Both the position numbers and the translations under genes were made by a program. From assembly GCF_001194135.2 (NCBI RefSeq), contig NC_068981.1, positions 152,083,213 through 152,147,212 of the forward strand: a DNA stretch of 64,000 nt, read 5' to 3'. Under the pieces are notes generated by a model. That model worked only from the letters and a program-made list of their open reading frames with translations. It was not told where the DNA came from and did not search any database. How positions within the stretch are numbered: position 1 is the stretch's first letter; the number at the start of each line of letters is the position of its first letter. The DNA is from Octopus bimaculoides. Taxonomy: Eukaryota. Shown here piece after piece: positions 1-64,000 of this stretch.

Positions 1-291
1 ACACTATAATGACTTCAAACATATATGTAACATTTAATAGCCTTTATTACTAGAAATACTGAATAATGTTACTGTTTCTTCCATGTAGCTCACCAAAACA
101 GACTTGAGAGACAAAAATGTTTATCAAAGCAATAATACATATAAAATAATTACATCACAACTAAAAGCCCAGTAGAACAATATTTGGTAAACAGTATTGT
201 TTTGACACTGAAGCCAAAATATAAACATGTGGAAAACAAAATAATGATACTAGATATACATATTGTAGCCATTAAGATATGATGCACTCAT

Positions 292-321
292 CAGTACCAG
301 GTTCTCCTACAGAAAGCTAGT
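292..321 (-). pseudogene. Dead linker microexon
   Basis: 30 nt, but the second codon is TAG and the donor is GT>AT. Confidence 0.75.
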
Positions 322-511
322 CTGCAGGGTATAAATGAATATCCATCACCTTCACCTTTATCATACCAACAAGTACAAATTACAGGTTTCCTACAAAGAT
401 TTTCTTTGGCAATTATTTTTATGATTAATAATGGTTAGCAAGGTACATGAAAAAAAATCGAAATATTTCACTGCAAAGAACTTGATATTTCTATTGTACA
501 AACAGGCATAC

Positions 512-63719
<63,208 letters not shown>

Positions 63720-63956
63720 CTGTGAAATTAACGAAATATATAGTTAAATATTTCGTAAAATAATTTATAACATAATGCATAATTCTGTAGTGATTAGATT
63801 AGAAAAAGGTTTACATATATACCGGATATAGTCTTTCAAAATTTCTTAAACAGTGTATATATAGATACATAAATATAAATATTTATATATGTGTGCATAT
63901 ATATTCTTTTAATTTTCTACCAATTATTGTTGAGTATATACAAATTAGTGTATATA

Positions 63957-64000
<44 letters not shown>

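Overview
This is AT-rich, microsatellite-dense animal genomic DNA. The tRNA-SINE families and base composition suggest a coleoid cephalopod (Octopus-like); that assignment is inference from recalled repeat motifs. The whole window lies inside one minus-strand gene, and neither its start nor its stop is present. It encodes an obscurin/titin/twitchin-like giant I-set immunoglobulin-repeat protein. From 45.3 kb down to 0.5 kb there are 20 intact 267-nt Ig exons (89 aa each), all AG..GT and phase 1-1. They are interleaved with a family of 30-nt linker microexons (consensus E-I/L-P-A/V-V-G/I/E-E-P-D-T); 10 are intact, one is an in-frame 18-nt variant and about 10 are dead. At least 6 decayed Ig pseudo-exons are also present. 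Upstream (51.2-63.7 kb), and absent from the ORF track, is a second array of 14 perfect 30-nt phase 1-1 microexons. They alternate between two classes and form a 6-exon, 60-aa super-repeat that is acidic and rich in E/V/T/S. Differences between super-repeat copies are mostly synonymous (15 synonymous vs 3 replacement by my hand count), which indicates real coding sequence. Introns contain tRNA-SINEs, two Tc1/mariner derivatives with TIRs and TA duplications, a Penelope fragment, a CR1/L2-like LINE fragment, a Helentron-like element and a tRNA-headed insertion with a hammerhead-like motif. All coordinates were counted by hand. No alignment, database search or expression evidence was available.
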